A stretch of 64,000 nt of DNA from an uncultured archaeon. GTDB lineage: Archaea; Thermoproteota; EX4484-205; JAAOZP01. Position numbers and translations under genes: made by a program. The stretch covers positions 1-64,000 of the forward strand of contig CALIBN010000016.1 of assembly GCA_938045545.1 (NCBI GenBank). The letters run 5' to 3'. Positions 36,101-46,080 of the stretch are shown in pieces (position 1 is the stretch's first letter; each line of letters starts with the position of its first letter). A model generated the notes under the pieces. That model did no database searches and had not been told where the DNA came from. It saw only the letters and a program-made list of their open reading frames with translations.

Positions 36101-36650
36101 ATTAAGAGTTGAGGGGGGCTTCTTGATAATAAAATACAAGGATCAAGAAGTGTGGATCCCGATTATTAAGCTTTGGCAAGGCTCATGGGAGCTTAGCGAC
36201 GAAGAAATTAGGAGAATTAAAGAAGTTACAGATAATGCAACAAGACTAGGAAATGCTGGGAGAGATAAGGTTGAGGCCGTCATACGAGCTGGAGGGATTC
36301 CGGAAATAGAAAACGCGAAAGAAATATACAAGGAAGTCTACATCAGAAACGGGCACGGAAGAATTATAGGAAAGGTAGACTTGGTAGTTGAAAAAGAGAA
36401 CGAGCGCTTAACAGTCTTAGAAGTTAAGACGACCACGATTTCTGATTACCTTGAGGATAATCTTAAGGATGGTATAGAGGATTTGGAGGAAAAATATAAG
36501 TTGCTGATCAATAAGTACAGCCTCGATTTGAGAAAGATCGGCTTAGGCGTGAAGAAGGCGGAAGATATTGAAGCCTACATAAGCTTCTCGGTCTATTTCG
36601 ACATAAAGAACAAGAAGGCAAATGCAATATGGAGCGCATTATCGCCTTAA
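33195..36650 (+). pseudogene. Fragmented polyprotein: Cys-rich N-terminus, TGT-like barrel, metallophosphoesterase, Glu-rich linker, PD-(D/E)XK nuclease (cassette A)
   Basis: CxxCxxC repeats; CKCKAC...WHNL; GDLHIG...LLGDVFD; E-rich run 34570-35610; VDLVVEKENERLTVLEVKTTT; pieces joined across frameshifts. Confidence 0.65.
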
Positions 36651-36662
36651 AATAGATAGGAA

Positions 36663-37340
36663 TTAAACGAGATACTCGAAGCTCCAGCCCCTTTCCTTCT
36701 CCAGCTTCTCAGCTTCTTCCTTCGTCAGCACTACTACAATTATACGCATTATATCCCTACACTTGACCTGATAATCCTGGTACTCAGTGTCCTCAATGAG
36801 CTCGTTCAATTCTCTGAGACCCATGTCCTGGATGTAGTCGTGCAACAAGGCGATCTCAATGCTATGCCTCCTGCCTCTAAAGTCGAAGCTGACTTCCTGT
36901 ATTAGCCACTTGGATGCCGAGGGCGTTAACCACCTTGAGCTTATATTCGTAGGCTGAAAAACTCCCCTCGATATCCTTGCAAGCCTTTCCAAGATAGCCC
37001 TTCCCATCTCCTCGTCCAGCATCGTCTCCGCATCTTCCTCTAAGATCCTCTTGGTGTCGAAGACTATCAGTGTCCCGTCTATTTCAGTATCACTCTTTTC
37101 CATCCAATCCTTCTCATATTTCATGAGGGACTCTCTGAGAAGAATTCCATGAGACGCCCCATATATCGACTTCTCCTTCTCATCCCACCATCTATGTGAA
37201 TAGTTTATCTCTCCGTTAAAAATCTTCTTCAATATTTCCTCAGAGGATAGGTCAGAATAGTCCTGGAAGAAGCTCATCTTCCTAAGATATTCAATCGAAT
37301 TTACAAATCGTTTCCTGAGCTCAGGATCTACCATTCTCAT
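36663..37340 (-). CDS. Conserved nuclease-partner protein (putative immunity), copy 2
   Basis: DPELRKRFVNSIEYLRKMSFF...EAEKLEKERGW. Confidence 0.7.
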   Translation of the reverse strand: MRMVDPELRKRFVNSIEYLRKMSFFQDYSDLSSEEILKKIFNGEINYSHRWWDEKEKSIYGASHGILLRESLMKYEKDWMEKSDTEIDGTLIVFDTKRILEEDAETMLDEEMGRAILERLARISRGVFQPTNISSRWLTPSASKWLIQEVSFDFRGRRHSIEIALLHDYIQDMGLRELNELIEDTEYQDYQVKCRDIMRIIVVVLTKEEAEKLEKERGWSFEYLV

Positions 37341-37493
37341 TAACAATTAACGAAACTCCAGTTTTTAAGCGTAACTATCCTCAAATCAAATATATCCTTC
37401 TCAGCATTACTACTACGCCTTGATTGGCCATTAAGCATTCCCATAACAATTACGATCACTTGATACTGAAACTGGAAAGAAACAAGCCAAAAA

Positions 37494-37594
37494 GGCCGCC
37501 GCCGCGATTTGAACGCGGAATCAGTGGCTCCACAGGCCACCGCGTTAACCTGGTTTAGCGGTGGTTTTTAGCACGCACATACGCCACAGCGGCC
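37494..37594 (-). tRNA. tRNA-His(GTG), encoded G-1, 25-nt D-loop intron at 14/15 (37555..37579)
   Basis: GTGGC-CTGTGGA-GCCAC anticodon arm; HBh' GGCG-TA|T-GTG...CAC-CGCT-AA|A. Confidence 0.9.
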
Positions 37595-37935
37595 ACGGTA
37601 GATTAAACGTTGAAGCCCCGTTTTAAACTTTCTCCTCCTTGAGAAGCTGAAGAAAGAGAGGTTGGAAGTTCGAATCTCGGCAGCGGCCCTTTAACAACCA
37701 ATATTTGGAAACAAGCCTCCTGATGCGAGTAATGTGGATTAGAAAATAATTAATTCCAATATTTACTGAGATTAAGGAATAAATAATACTGTAGACTAAC
37801 ACTCCTATTCCGCTTATTTCTAAATCTTCCCCTCGAACCACCACTAGCTTCAAACATGCTCGACCCAGCCTGCCCACCTTCTAAAGGGTTTTCGGCGAAA
37901 ACGTTTTAAGCCCCTTTTCCAAAGAAAACTGTTGA

Positions 37936-38027
37936 GCCTCGGTAACTCAGCCTGGTAGAGTGGCAGCCTTGTAAGCGGAAAAGGCTGAGAAAGCTGTTAG
38001 GCGAGGGTTCGAATCCCTCCCGAGGCT
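37936..38027 (+). tRNA. tRNA-Thr(TGT) with canonical 37/38 intron (37974..37991)
   Basis: CTTG-TA|A-GC...GC-TGAG-AA|A BHB; full cloverleaf. Confidence 0.92.
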
Positions 38028-38890
38028 TCCTTCAAAAATATGGATCATTAAGGTTGTTGTTGAGCCCAGCTGGACGTGTCTGCTTAAATCTTGGAAGTGT
38101 TGAGGAGCAGGTGTGGGTTTGATTGCGTAAGCTGCCCCTATTTTAAGAAACCTTGTATCGGCTGTGTGATTGAGACTCGCTTGGTGGATAAATGCGTCAG
38201 GGACACTTCCTACACTGGGATAACGCATCCCAAGGGCTCCTGCAGGCTTAGGCCGTATTGACCGATTGGAAGCAGGGATAGGCCTCCCACGATGCTGATT
38301 TCATCTCCTAGGAAGAAAGTAAATGACAAGGATAAGGATCCCTAGGTTTGTGCTTGAGATTGATATCACTGGTCAAAGGTCCTTGATACGGGGACATGGT
38401 TTCCAAGTATCGACAGTTTTCCTGCCCCTATGGCAACTGTTTGCAAATGAATTTAGCGCACGCTGATGACGAGGAAAAGAGAACATATAGACATAGCCTG
38501 TCATTTGTGAAAGAAGCTACGAAAAAGGGAGCAAATTCCCATTCAGAAATTTAAGAATCAACAGAAGGTAAAGCCTCACTCGAAGGAGAGAAAACTCGCA
38601 ATAACCTCGGCCACCTCAGTATTCTGTGAGCTAGAATCAACGCTCTTTAATAAGGTAATTATGTGGGCAGGCAATTGCGACCTCCAATCTCTCTTGGACT
38701 ACATTCACTTCCTTGCCAATGGATTAGTTGAACATAAGATTGCCACCCGCATAATAGGATACGATTTGGAAAACAACACTGAGAAATTAGCGATCGAAGA
38801 TTTGTATACAGAGGAAAACAGAGTAAAAGAGGTTTTCCTATGGCTGGCTTAATGCGGATGCTTGACGCATTACGACGTTCAGCTTAAACG

Positions 38891-38983
38891 AGCCCCAGGT
38901 GGGCTTCGAACCCACGCCCTCCTCCATTGACGCTTTTCCAGCATTACCAAGGAGGCGCTCTAACCAGGCTGAGCTACTGGGGC
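38891..38983 (-). tRNA. tRNA-Thr(GGT) with 18-nt intron, best fit at 38/39 (38926..38943)
   Basis: CCTCC/GGAGG stem; TGGT-AA|T-GC...GC-GTCA-AT|G motif. Confidence 0.9.
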
Positions 38984-39187
38984 TGCAGTACTCCTGGTTT
39001 CAGGCTGTTTTAAGCTTTTTGACGAGGGTTTTTAATTTCGCGTTTAAGCTTTGTGGCTGAGCCGGTTGCCGGAGGAATGTGTTTAGAAATTGATGCTGCA
39101 TCGCTTTTTCAGGAATTTTTCTGAATAAACTAGTAAAGAAGATTGTATTGAAACCATTATAAAAAGCCATATAAGTCAGTCCCTGCA

Positions 39188-39601
39188 GTGGAAATGATGC
39201 TAAAGATGCTTGTACAAGATGTCAAGGGTGAGGAGTCCTCGGAGTCCGAGACCCTTGTTTCCGAGGTTCTTGAAATAATGAGTATGATGAAAACCGTTAA
39301 GAGAAGAATTGGCGAGTTGAAAAACGGTGGGAATAGTGATCCGGATACGAGTGTTGATAAGCTGGAGAATCTTCTTCAAACGCTCAGGCTTGAAATGGTT
39401 AAAAGGTGCATTCTCCTTGCCCAGAAACACGGCATAGGGTTTAAGCCTCCAGCAGCCCCAGCTCTTTTAAACGGTGGCGGCAAGCATGTTTCCAAGGAGC
39501 CCGACTTCATTTTGGGCGACTTGTCTAGGCTTGAAGAAGAGTTGAACAGGGCTTATCGTGTTGCCAGGGAAACCCTGAGCAACCTGAGCCGGCTGGTTTG
39601 A
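39188..39601 (+). CDS. Hypothetical coiled-coil protein
   Basis: Intact ORF ending 4 nt before rpiA. Confidence 0.6.
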   Translation: MEMMLKMLVQDVKGEESSESETLVSEVLEIMSMMKTVKRRIGELKNGGNSDPDTSVDKLENLLQTLRLEMVKRCILLAQKHGIGFKPPAAPALLNGGGKHVSKEPDFILGDLSRLEEELNRAYRVARETLSNLSRLV

Positions 39602-39605
39602 AGAG

Positions 39606-40316
39606 ATGACAAGCCTCGCTGACCTGAGGAGGCTGGCAGCAGAGAAGGCTCTAACCCATGTTGAATCCGGGATGATTATTGGCCTTGGCTCCGGAACCAC
39701 GATGGCAGATGTTTTCCTGCCTCTGCTGGCTGAGAGGATCAGGACGGGCGTTATTAGAGATGTTCGCCTCGTCCCGTCTTCTCGCCAAATAGAGTTTAAG
39801 ATTTTCGAGGAGGGTTTAGAAGCCGCTAGCTTCAACCAGATAGACCATGTGGATATTACTATAGATAGTGCAGACCTTGTTGAAAGAGAATCTTTGACCG
39901 CGATAAAAGGCAGGGGAGGCGCCCTGCTTCTTGAGAAGGTTCTGAGCTCGGTTTCCAGCAAGATGGTTCTGATTCTGGATGAGAGGAAGATTGCTGAAAG
40001 AGTTCCGCCGGGGTTCCCAATACCGGTGGAGGTTCTTCAAAACCTGGTTCTCTTGGTTAAAAAGAGGGTTGAAAAGGCTCTTGGAGTAAGCGTAAGAATT
40101 AGGACGGGAAGCGGCAAGGTTGGGCCTGTAATAACCGACTCTGGAAACGCTATTATCGACGTCCCCCTGCCTGAAAACCGTAGCCTCGAGTGGCTGGACG
40201 ATTTCTTCAACAATACGCCTGGGATTCTGGAGAACGGTATCTTCGAAGGCGTCGTAAGCTATGCTTATGTAGGTACGAGCAGCGGAGTATTAGAATTAAA
40301 GGGGAGAAGAGGATGA
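39606..40316 (+). CDS. rpiA: Ribose-5-phosphate isomerase A
   Basis: IGLGSGTT, IKGRGGALLLEK and GPVITDSGN motifs. Confidence 0.93.
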   Translation: MTSLADLRRLAAEKALTHVESGMIIGLGSGTTMADVFLPLLAERIRTGVIRDVRLVPSSRQIEFKIFEEGLEAASFNQIDHVDITIDSADLVERESLTAIKGRGGALLLEKVLSSVSSKMVLILDERKIAERVPPGFPIPVEVLQNLVLLVKKRVEKALGVSVRIRTGSGKVGPVITDSGNAIIDVPLPENRSLEWLDDFFNNTPGILENGIFEGVVSYAYVGTSSGVLELKGRRG

Positions 40317-41035
40317 AGATAGAGCCCGCAGGCAGCATGGAGAGGGTGAAGCTTCTGCTCAGGGAGTCTTTGACCGACATAGAACTAGTATCCTACGACC
40401 TTGAGAAGATCGTTAGGAACCTGAGGAGGAAGGACAGCGAGTACCTTGAGAAGATAAGTATTCTTCTCGAAAAGAATGATCATGACAGGGCTAAGGCCTA
40501 TGCCGAAGAGATAGCTATGCTTAGAAGGGTTGCTAAACTTATCTACCAGTCCAGTCTGCTCGTGTTAACCATTAAGCTTAGGCTTGAAACAATGGTGGAG
40601 TCCGAGGAGCTGTACGGCATGCTTCCGCAGCTGGCGAGACTTCTCTCCAGGATAAGTGAGACAAGCCCACTGCCGGATCTTGAAAAGGAGTTCACCGGGG
40701 TTAAGGCTAAGCTTGAGGAAGCAGCCTCAATAATAACTAGGTCGACAGACATAAGAGCTGAAGCCGTTGACGTTGAGGCTGAGAAAGTCATCAAGGAGGC
40801 GGAGAGACTTGCCTCGCTGAAGCTTGAGACAACTTTTCCAAAGGTGCCTAGCTATGATTTAAGGGAGGAGGCTAAGCAAAGGGTTTTAGAATACCTTAAG
40901 ACAAACGCGGATTCCTTCAACATAGAGAGATGCGCGAAAGAGCTTTCGATGGAGAAGAGTGAGGTTGAAAGCCTTTTGAACGAGCTCATTAAGGAGAGGA
41001 GGGTTGTTGTAAAACGCGAGGAGGAGCTTGTTTAA
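40313..41035 (+). CDS. cdvB: ESCRT-III/CdvB with C-terminal winged helix
   Basis: Snf7-like RAKAYAEEIAMLRRV...LRLET; C-terminal wH VLEYLK...CAKEL; ATGA overlap with rpiA. Confidence 0.8.
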   Translation: MKIEPAGSMERVKLLLRESLTDIELVSYDLEKIVRNLRRKDSEYLEKISILLEKNDHDRAKAYAEEIAMLRRVAKLIYQSSLLVLTIKLRLETMVESEELYGMLPQLARLLSRISETSPLPDLEKEFTGVKAKLEEAASIITRSTDIRAEAVDVEAEKVIKEAERLASLKLETTFPKVPSYDLREEAKQRVLEYLKTNADSFNIERCAKELSMEKSEVESLLNELIKERRVVVKREEELV

Positions 41036-42195
41036 GCAGAACCCCTTTCCTTCCTCCACTCCTCCATTTTAGCAAGGCTCTCCCTGCTTATGCTGCTGCC
41101 CCTGTTTCTAATCGCCTTGACGAGATCCTCCATGCTGACGGGCCTAGGGTCGCCTTTCATCGGGTCACCTTGCTCAAAGAATTCTTCAATCGTCATCTTG
41201 AAAGCATCTTTACATATGTTTTCAATATCGTGAGCAGAATACCCTTCTGTTAAACGCGCCAGCTCATCGTAGTGTATTGGTGGCTTAAGGCTGAGCTTGG
41301 ATGTGAAATACATGAAGAGTTTTTTCCTAGCCGTAATGTCTGGAGGAGGCACGTAAAGGCGTTCCTCAAACCTTCTTAGGAATGAGTCCGGCAGGAGCCA
41401 CGGGTTGTTCGTCGCCGCTATCACATACACGTGTTCCACACGACCCTTGCTCGCAAGACCATCCATCTCCTGCTGGAGCTGCAATCTGGCTCTAGATTCT
41501 CCACCTGTTTCATAAATATGGGTTCCGACAATGCTTTCAACTTCATCTATGAAAAGTATAGCAGGCTCGCTGGAGCTGCTGTTCCTCCTAGCGTGTTCGA
41601 AAAGCTTGGCAATGTTCTTCTCCGACTCTCCCAGCCATTTAGAAAGTACTGAGGAAGCTTTAACCAAGTAGAAGGTAGCCCTGATGCTGTTGGCTAGGGC
41701 TGCTGCCAAGAGTGTTTTTCCACATCCCGGGGGGCCGTAGAAAAGGATCCCTGTGGACCAGGGCAGCTTGTAGACATCAGGGCGGATAGTTGGAAAGATC
41801 ACGTTGACGTACAGCTTCTTCTTAGCCTCCTCCAGGTCTATTATATCCTCCCACCTGACAGAAGGCTTCTCTATCAGGACAACGTCTTGGAGCCACTTGT
41901 CCTCTCCCTCTTTTGACTCTGTTTTATTAATGTAAACAACCTCCTCCTTCCTCTTCATAAATCCTTCAAGCTTCTCAACTCTTTTCTGATACTCCCTTAT
42001 CCTGTCCAGATAGACCCTTTTCATACTGTCATTATCAGTCAGCGTGTAAAGCTGCATGAGTATTTCAATTGTTTCCCTATAGAGTTTCAGGGCAGACTTG
42101 TAGTCTCCTTGGCTGTCCATTGTAACTGCCTCATGTGCCTTTCTTATCGCAGTTTTCTCAAGCTCGCTCCGCCAGCTCAAGCTGGATACTTCCAC
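41032..42195 (-). CDS. cdvC: Vps4/CdvC AAA+ ATPase with MIT domain
   Basis: N-terminal MIT domain; GPPGCGKT, SKWLGESEKN, FIDE and ATNNPW motifs. Confidence 0.9.
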   Translation of the reverse strand: MEVSSLSWRSELEKTAIRKAHEAVTMDSQGDYKSALKLYRETIEILMQLYTLTDNDSMKRVYLDRIREYQKRVEKLEGFMKRKEEVVYINKTESKEGEDKWLQDVVLIEKPSVRWEDIIDLEEAKKKLYVNVIFPTIRPDVYKLPWSTGILFYGPPGCGKTLLAAALANSIRATFYLVKASSVLSKWLGESEKNIAKLFEHARRNSSSSEPAILFIDEVESIVGTHIYETGGESRARLQLQQEMDGLASKGRVEHVYVIAATNNPWLLPDSFLRRFEERLYVPPPDITARKKLFMYFTSKLSLKPPIHYDELARLTEGYSAHDIENICKDAFKMTIEEFFEQGDPMKGDPRPVSMEDLVKAIRNRGSSISRESLAKMEEWRKERGSA

Positions 42196-42298
42196 TCCTG
42201 CTTGACACCAATAAAGGATTCCTATTAAGTTTTATCTACCTTAAAGTAAAGATTTATTGTATCACTAAAAATATTTAAGCCACGGTTTAAAGCGGATA

Positions 42299-42928
42299 GT
42301 GATAAAGATGAGCCCGTTATTCGGCAGGAAGCCTCAACCGCCCCCGCAACCAGCGGACCAGCATGCATTTCAAGACGCCTTGAGGGAAGCAGTTGCAATG
42401 CTTAAGATTCAGGAGCAGAATCTCGACAGGATATACCACAGGATTAAGATGAGAGACGAGCAGCTTTTCAAAGAAGTCGAGAAGGCTCTTGTTGAACGAG
42501 ATAATTCCCGCGCCCAAGTTTATGCGAACGAGGTTGCTCAGGTAAGGAAGATGGGTAAGATAATTCTTAGCAACAGGCTTGCACTTGAAAGAGTAATACT
42601 TAGGCTTGAAGATACTATAGACTTTAAGGAGACTCTGAAGATCCTTGGACCGGTTGTTAACGTAGTAAACAGGGTTGGAAACGAGATAAGGAATGTTGCT
42701 CCACAAGTTGCAGACAGTCTCAGACAAGTAGAGGACATGATGAACAGGGTGCTTATACAGGCTGGCGAGGTCACAGGCTACGAGACATATATTGCGCCCG
42801 ACAGCGAGGCAGACCAGATTTTGAAGGAAGCATCCATCCTGGCTTCTCAGAAAATGAAATCAAGCTTCCCAGAGATACCTGAGGCTGTTAGACAACACAT
42901 GGAAGAAACCGGTTCCCGGACTCAGTAA
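42299..42928 (+). CDS. ESCRT-III paralog (CdvB1/B2-like, no wH)
   Basis: RAQVYANEVAQVRKM...LERVILRLE; EADQILKEA...FPEIP. Confidence 0.85.
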   Translation: MIKMSPLFGRKPQPPPQPADQHAFQDALREAVAMLKIQEQNLDRIYHRIKMRDEQLFKEVEKALVERDNSRAQVYANEVAQVRKMGKIILSNRLALERVILRLEDTIDFKETLKILGPVVNVVNRVGNEIRNVAPQVADSLRQVEDMMNRVLIQAGEVTGYETYIAPDSEADQILKEASILASQKMKSSFPEIPEAVRQHMEETGSRTQ

Positions 42929-43122
42929 GCTTAATGATTTCACATCAGCTCTTTGAAAACTAGTCGACCATCAGGGGGCTTGCGCAGTTTTTTTAAAAAC
43001 CATTGGAATTGGCCGTCTTAGAGGTTTAAATACTGGAATGCTCATCATCCTAATTCCTAAAGGGCTGGCGCTGTTGAGGAAACCGATAAATAGACACTCG
43101 TGAGAGAAACAGGGTCGTTCAG

Positions 43123-43419
43123 ATGAGTGGAAAAGTAGTTGTTTCAAAAGAGGAGGTTCTGCATTACGCTAAGCTCTGCAAGATCTCTCTGACCGAGGCT
43201 GACGTGGAAAGGCTCCAGAAAGATGTTAACGAGATACTAGAGTATTTCAACATTGTGAGAAGCCTGCAGCTGGATGTTGAGCCAATGGTGTATGTGACTG
43301 GTTTCAGCGAAGCCCTGAGGGAAGACGAGCCGGCTGAAACCCTTTCAGAGGATGATGTTTTTAAGAATGCTGGAGAGAAGGATGAGAAATGGTTTGTGTC
43401 GGGCCAAGTGTTAGGTTAA
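43123..43419 (+). CDS. gatC: Amidotransferase subunit C
   Basis: EVLHYAKLCKI...ILEYF...LREDEP; upstream of gatA. Confidence 0.88.
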   Translation: MSGKVVVSKEEVLHYAKLCKISLTEADVERLQKDVNEILEYFNIVRSLQLDVEPMVYVTGFSEALREDEPAETLSEDDVFKNAGEKDEKWFVSGQVLG

Positions 43420-44840
43420 ACAGCTTATCAGAACAGTTTTTGGATTCAGTTGACCCAGTTGAGAAAGTCTATAAGACTCTTGAAAGGATTGAGAAAACAA
43501 GAGGACTGAATGCTTTCATAACGGTCGATAAGGAGGGTGCCCTTAGAAGTGCAGAGGAGCTTAAGCGTAGAATCAGGATGGGTGGGAAAACAGGTAGGCT
43601 AGCCGGTCTCCTGGTTGCTGTTAAAGACAACATTTCCACTAGGGGGCTTAGGACGACGTGCGCCTCAAGAATGCTTGAAAACTATGTTCCGGTTTATGAT
43701 GCTACTGTTGTTGAGAAAATAAAGATGGAAGATGGCATCGTAATTGGAAAGACAAACATGGATGAGTTCGCAATGGGCTCAAGCACCGAAACCTCCTTCT
43801 TCGGTCCGACGAGAAACTTTTTTGACCATTCTAGGGTTTCCGGGGGAAGCAGTGGTGGAAGCGCGGTCTCCCTCGCAACCGGGGCTGTGGAGCTTGCTCT
43901 CGGAAGCGATACGGGAGGATCGATAAGGAATCCTGCAGCCTTCAACTCGGTGGTTGGGTTAAAGCCGACTTACGGCAGGGTTTCACGCTACGGTTTAATA
44001 GCCTATGCTAGCAGTCTCGACCAGGTAGGGCCGATGGCTAGAGACACGTTGTCAACAGCCCTGCTGCTTCAGGTAATAGCCGGCAGTGACCCAAGGGATT
44101 TAACCACTTCAAGCCGAGAGCCCTCGAATTACGTTGAAGAAGCCACGCGCGGGACCAGGGGTCTGAGGATCGGCATTGTTAAAGAGGGTTTCATGAATAT
44201 TGATGAGAAAATTTCGGCAAAGGTTTACGATGCCATAGGTGTTCTTGAGAAAAACGGTTGCTCAGTTGAGGAAGTATCGTTTCCCTTTATGAAGTATGCT
44301 CTCCCAGCATACTACATCATAGCCATGGCGGAATGTTCAAGCAACCTTGCAAGGTTCGACGGGATCCGTTACGGAGGGAGGTGTGCCGAAGGCAGGTGGG
44401 AGGAGAGGATTGTTAAGATTAGGACCGAAGGCTTCGGGGAGGAGGTTAAGAGAAGAATATTCCTAGGAACCTTTGTGCTCTCCGCAGGCTATAAGGAGGA
44501 TTTCTACATGAAGGCCTGCAGGGTCAGGAGGAAGATACATGATGATTTTAAGCTCCTGTTTAGAGACTTCGATGCTCTGGCGATGCCAACCATGCCCGTC
44601 CTCCCTTGGAGAACAGGAGAAATAGTGTCGCCGCTTGAAATGTACATGATGGATTTTGAAACAGTCGCCGTCAATCTGGCTGGGCTTCCCGCTATAAGTA
44701 TTCCGGCAGGCTTTGTCAACTCGCTTCCAGTAGGTCTTCAACTCGTAGGAGACCATTTTGAGGAGGTTACGCTGCTCAGGCTATCCTACGGCTACGAGGC
44801 TGAAACCGGTTTCACCAAGTGGCTCAGGACCCACGGCTAG
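43389..44840 (+). CDS. gatA: Amidotransferase subunit A
   Basis: GKTNMDEFAMGSS, GGSSGGS, LGSDTGGSIR and SSNLARFDG motifs. Confidence 0.95.
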   Translation: MVCVGPSVRLNSLSEQFLDSVDPVEKVYKTLERIEKTRGLNAFITVDKEGALRSAEELKRRIRMGGKTGRLAGLLVAVKDNISTRGLRTTCASRMLENYVPVYDATVVEKIKMEDGIVIGKTNMDEFAMGSSTETSFFGPTRNFFDHSRVSGGSSGGSAVSLATGAVELALGSDTGGSIRNPAAFNSVVGLKPTYGRVSRYGLIAYASSLDQVGPMARDTLSTALLLQVIAGSDPRDLTTSSREPSNYVEEATRGTRGLRIGIVKEGFMNIDEKISAKVYDAIGVLEKNGCSVEEVSFPFMKYALPAYYIIAMAECSSNLARFDGIRYGGRCAEGRWEERIVKIRTEGFGEEVKRRIFLGTFVLSAGYKEDFYMKACRVRRKIHDDFKLLFRDFDALAMPTMPVLPWRTGEIVSPLEMYMMDFETVAVNLAGLPAISIPAGFVNSLPVGLQLVGDHFEEVTLLRLSYGYEAETGFTKWLRTHG

Positions 44841-44881
44841 CTTGGGAAAGGGTTAAAAACTTTTTCAACATTGCTCCGGGG

Positions 44882-45985
44882 ATGAACCGGAAAACCCAGA
44901 TGCTGCTAATTCCTGGTCCAATAACACTGCCAGAAAGGGTTTTGAAAGCGATGGCTAAACCCATCGTAAACCATAGGGGGGATGAGTTTCACGCTCTCTA
45001 CGAGAGAATTGAAGAAGGCTTGAGAAATGTTTTCAAGACTGAGAACAACGTCTACATCATAAGTGGCTCTGGAACCGCGGGAGTGGACATGGTTTTCCAG
45101 AACTTCGTGTACGAGGGTGAGAAGGTGCTTATACCGGATTTCGGAGAATTCACGGAGAGGGTTATGGAGAATGCTTTGAAGGTTGGTGCTGAGCCTGTTG
45201 CCGTGAAATCAGAGTGGGGAAGCCTGCCGAGCCTCAGGAATATTGCGGAGGCGGTTGAGAACAATAATGTTGGAAGCATTTTCATAGTGCATAACGAGAC
45301 CTCTACGGGAGTAACTTTCAGAATGATGGAAGAGGTTGCTAACATTGCTAGGAAAGAGGGGATACTGGTTTTCGCAGACACTGTTTCAGACCTGGGTGTT
45401 GAACCCTTCTACACGGATAAGCTGGGTGTTGACGTCTGTGTGACTGCAAGCCAGAAGGGCCTCGGAGGGCCTCCGGGCTTATCCTTCGTCTCAGTGAGCG
45501 GAAAAGCGTTAGATAAGGGTTTAAACAATCCTAGGAGGAGAAGCTTCTATCTGGATGTTGAGAAGATTCACAGGTTCCATCTCAAGAGGGAGACTCCTTT
45601 CACGCCCGCGGTGCCACTGCTATACGGCATGGCTGAAGCGCTTGAAATTTTGAAAGAAGAGGGCTATGAGGAACGGATAAGAAGGCACTCTGAGAATGCT
45701 AGAATGATATATGAATTCTTAGAGTCTGAGAACATTGAGATTTTCCCACGCAATAGAGAATACTGGTCTACAGCGGTAATAGTCTTCAAAAACAGGGGGC
45801 TTAATGCCGACATAATAATCAGGAGGCTGTACGAAGAGTATAGGATACTGATAGCGAGAGGAATGGGTAGGCTGAGGAATGAAACAACCAGAATAGGCAA
45901 CGTAGGCTACGAGGGGAGAGCTGAGATAGAGTATTTCCTAGACTCGTTTAGAAAAGTGTTGAAGGATGCTGGCAGGCAACCTTGA
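44882..45985 (+). CDS. Class V PLP aminotransferase (alanine/serine-glyoxylate type)
   Basis: LIPGP, VHNETSTGV, ASQKGLGGPPG and TPFTP motifs. Confidence 0.9.
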   Translation: MNRKTQMLLIPGPITLPERVLKAMAKPIVNHRGDEFHALYERIEEGLRNVFKTENNVYIISGSGTAGVDMVFQNFVYEGEKVLIPDFGEFTERVMENALKVGAEPVAVKSEWGSLPSLRNIAEAVENNNVGSIFIVHNETSTGVTFRMMEEVANIARKEGILVFADTVSDLGVEPFYTDKLGVDVCVTASQKGLGGPPGLSFVSVSGKALDKGLNNPRRRSFYLDVEKIHRFHLKRETPFTPAVPLLYGMAEALEILKEEGYEERIRRHSENARMIYEFLESENIEIFPRNREYWSTAVIVFKNRGLNADIIIRRLYEEYRILIARGMGRLRNETTRIGNVGYEGRAEIEYFLDSFRKVLKDAGRQP

Positions 45986-46080
45986 TTAAACACGCGTAAC
46001 AAGCATAATTCTCATTTTTAGCATGCGTGTCAAAGAACCAGGGGTAATGCTTAACTACGTTCTCACTAGTCCTTTGAAGC

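Noticed and set aside
38030-38880. Gene between the two tRNA-Thr genes
   Set aside because: Only short fragments with no recognisable motifs; treated as unassignable debris
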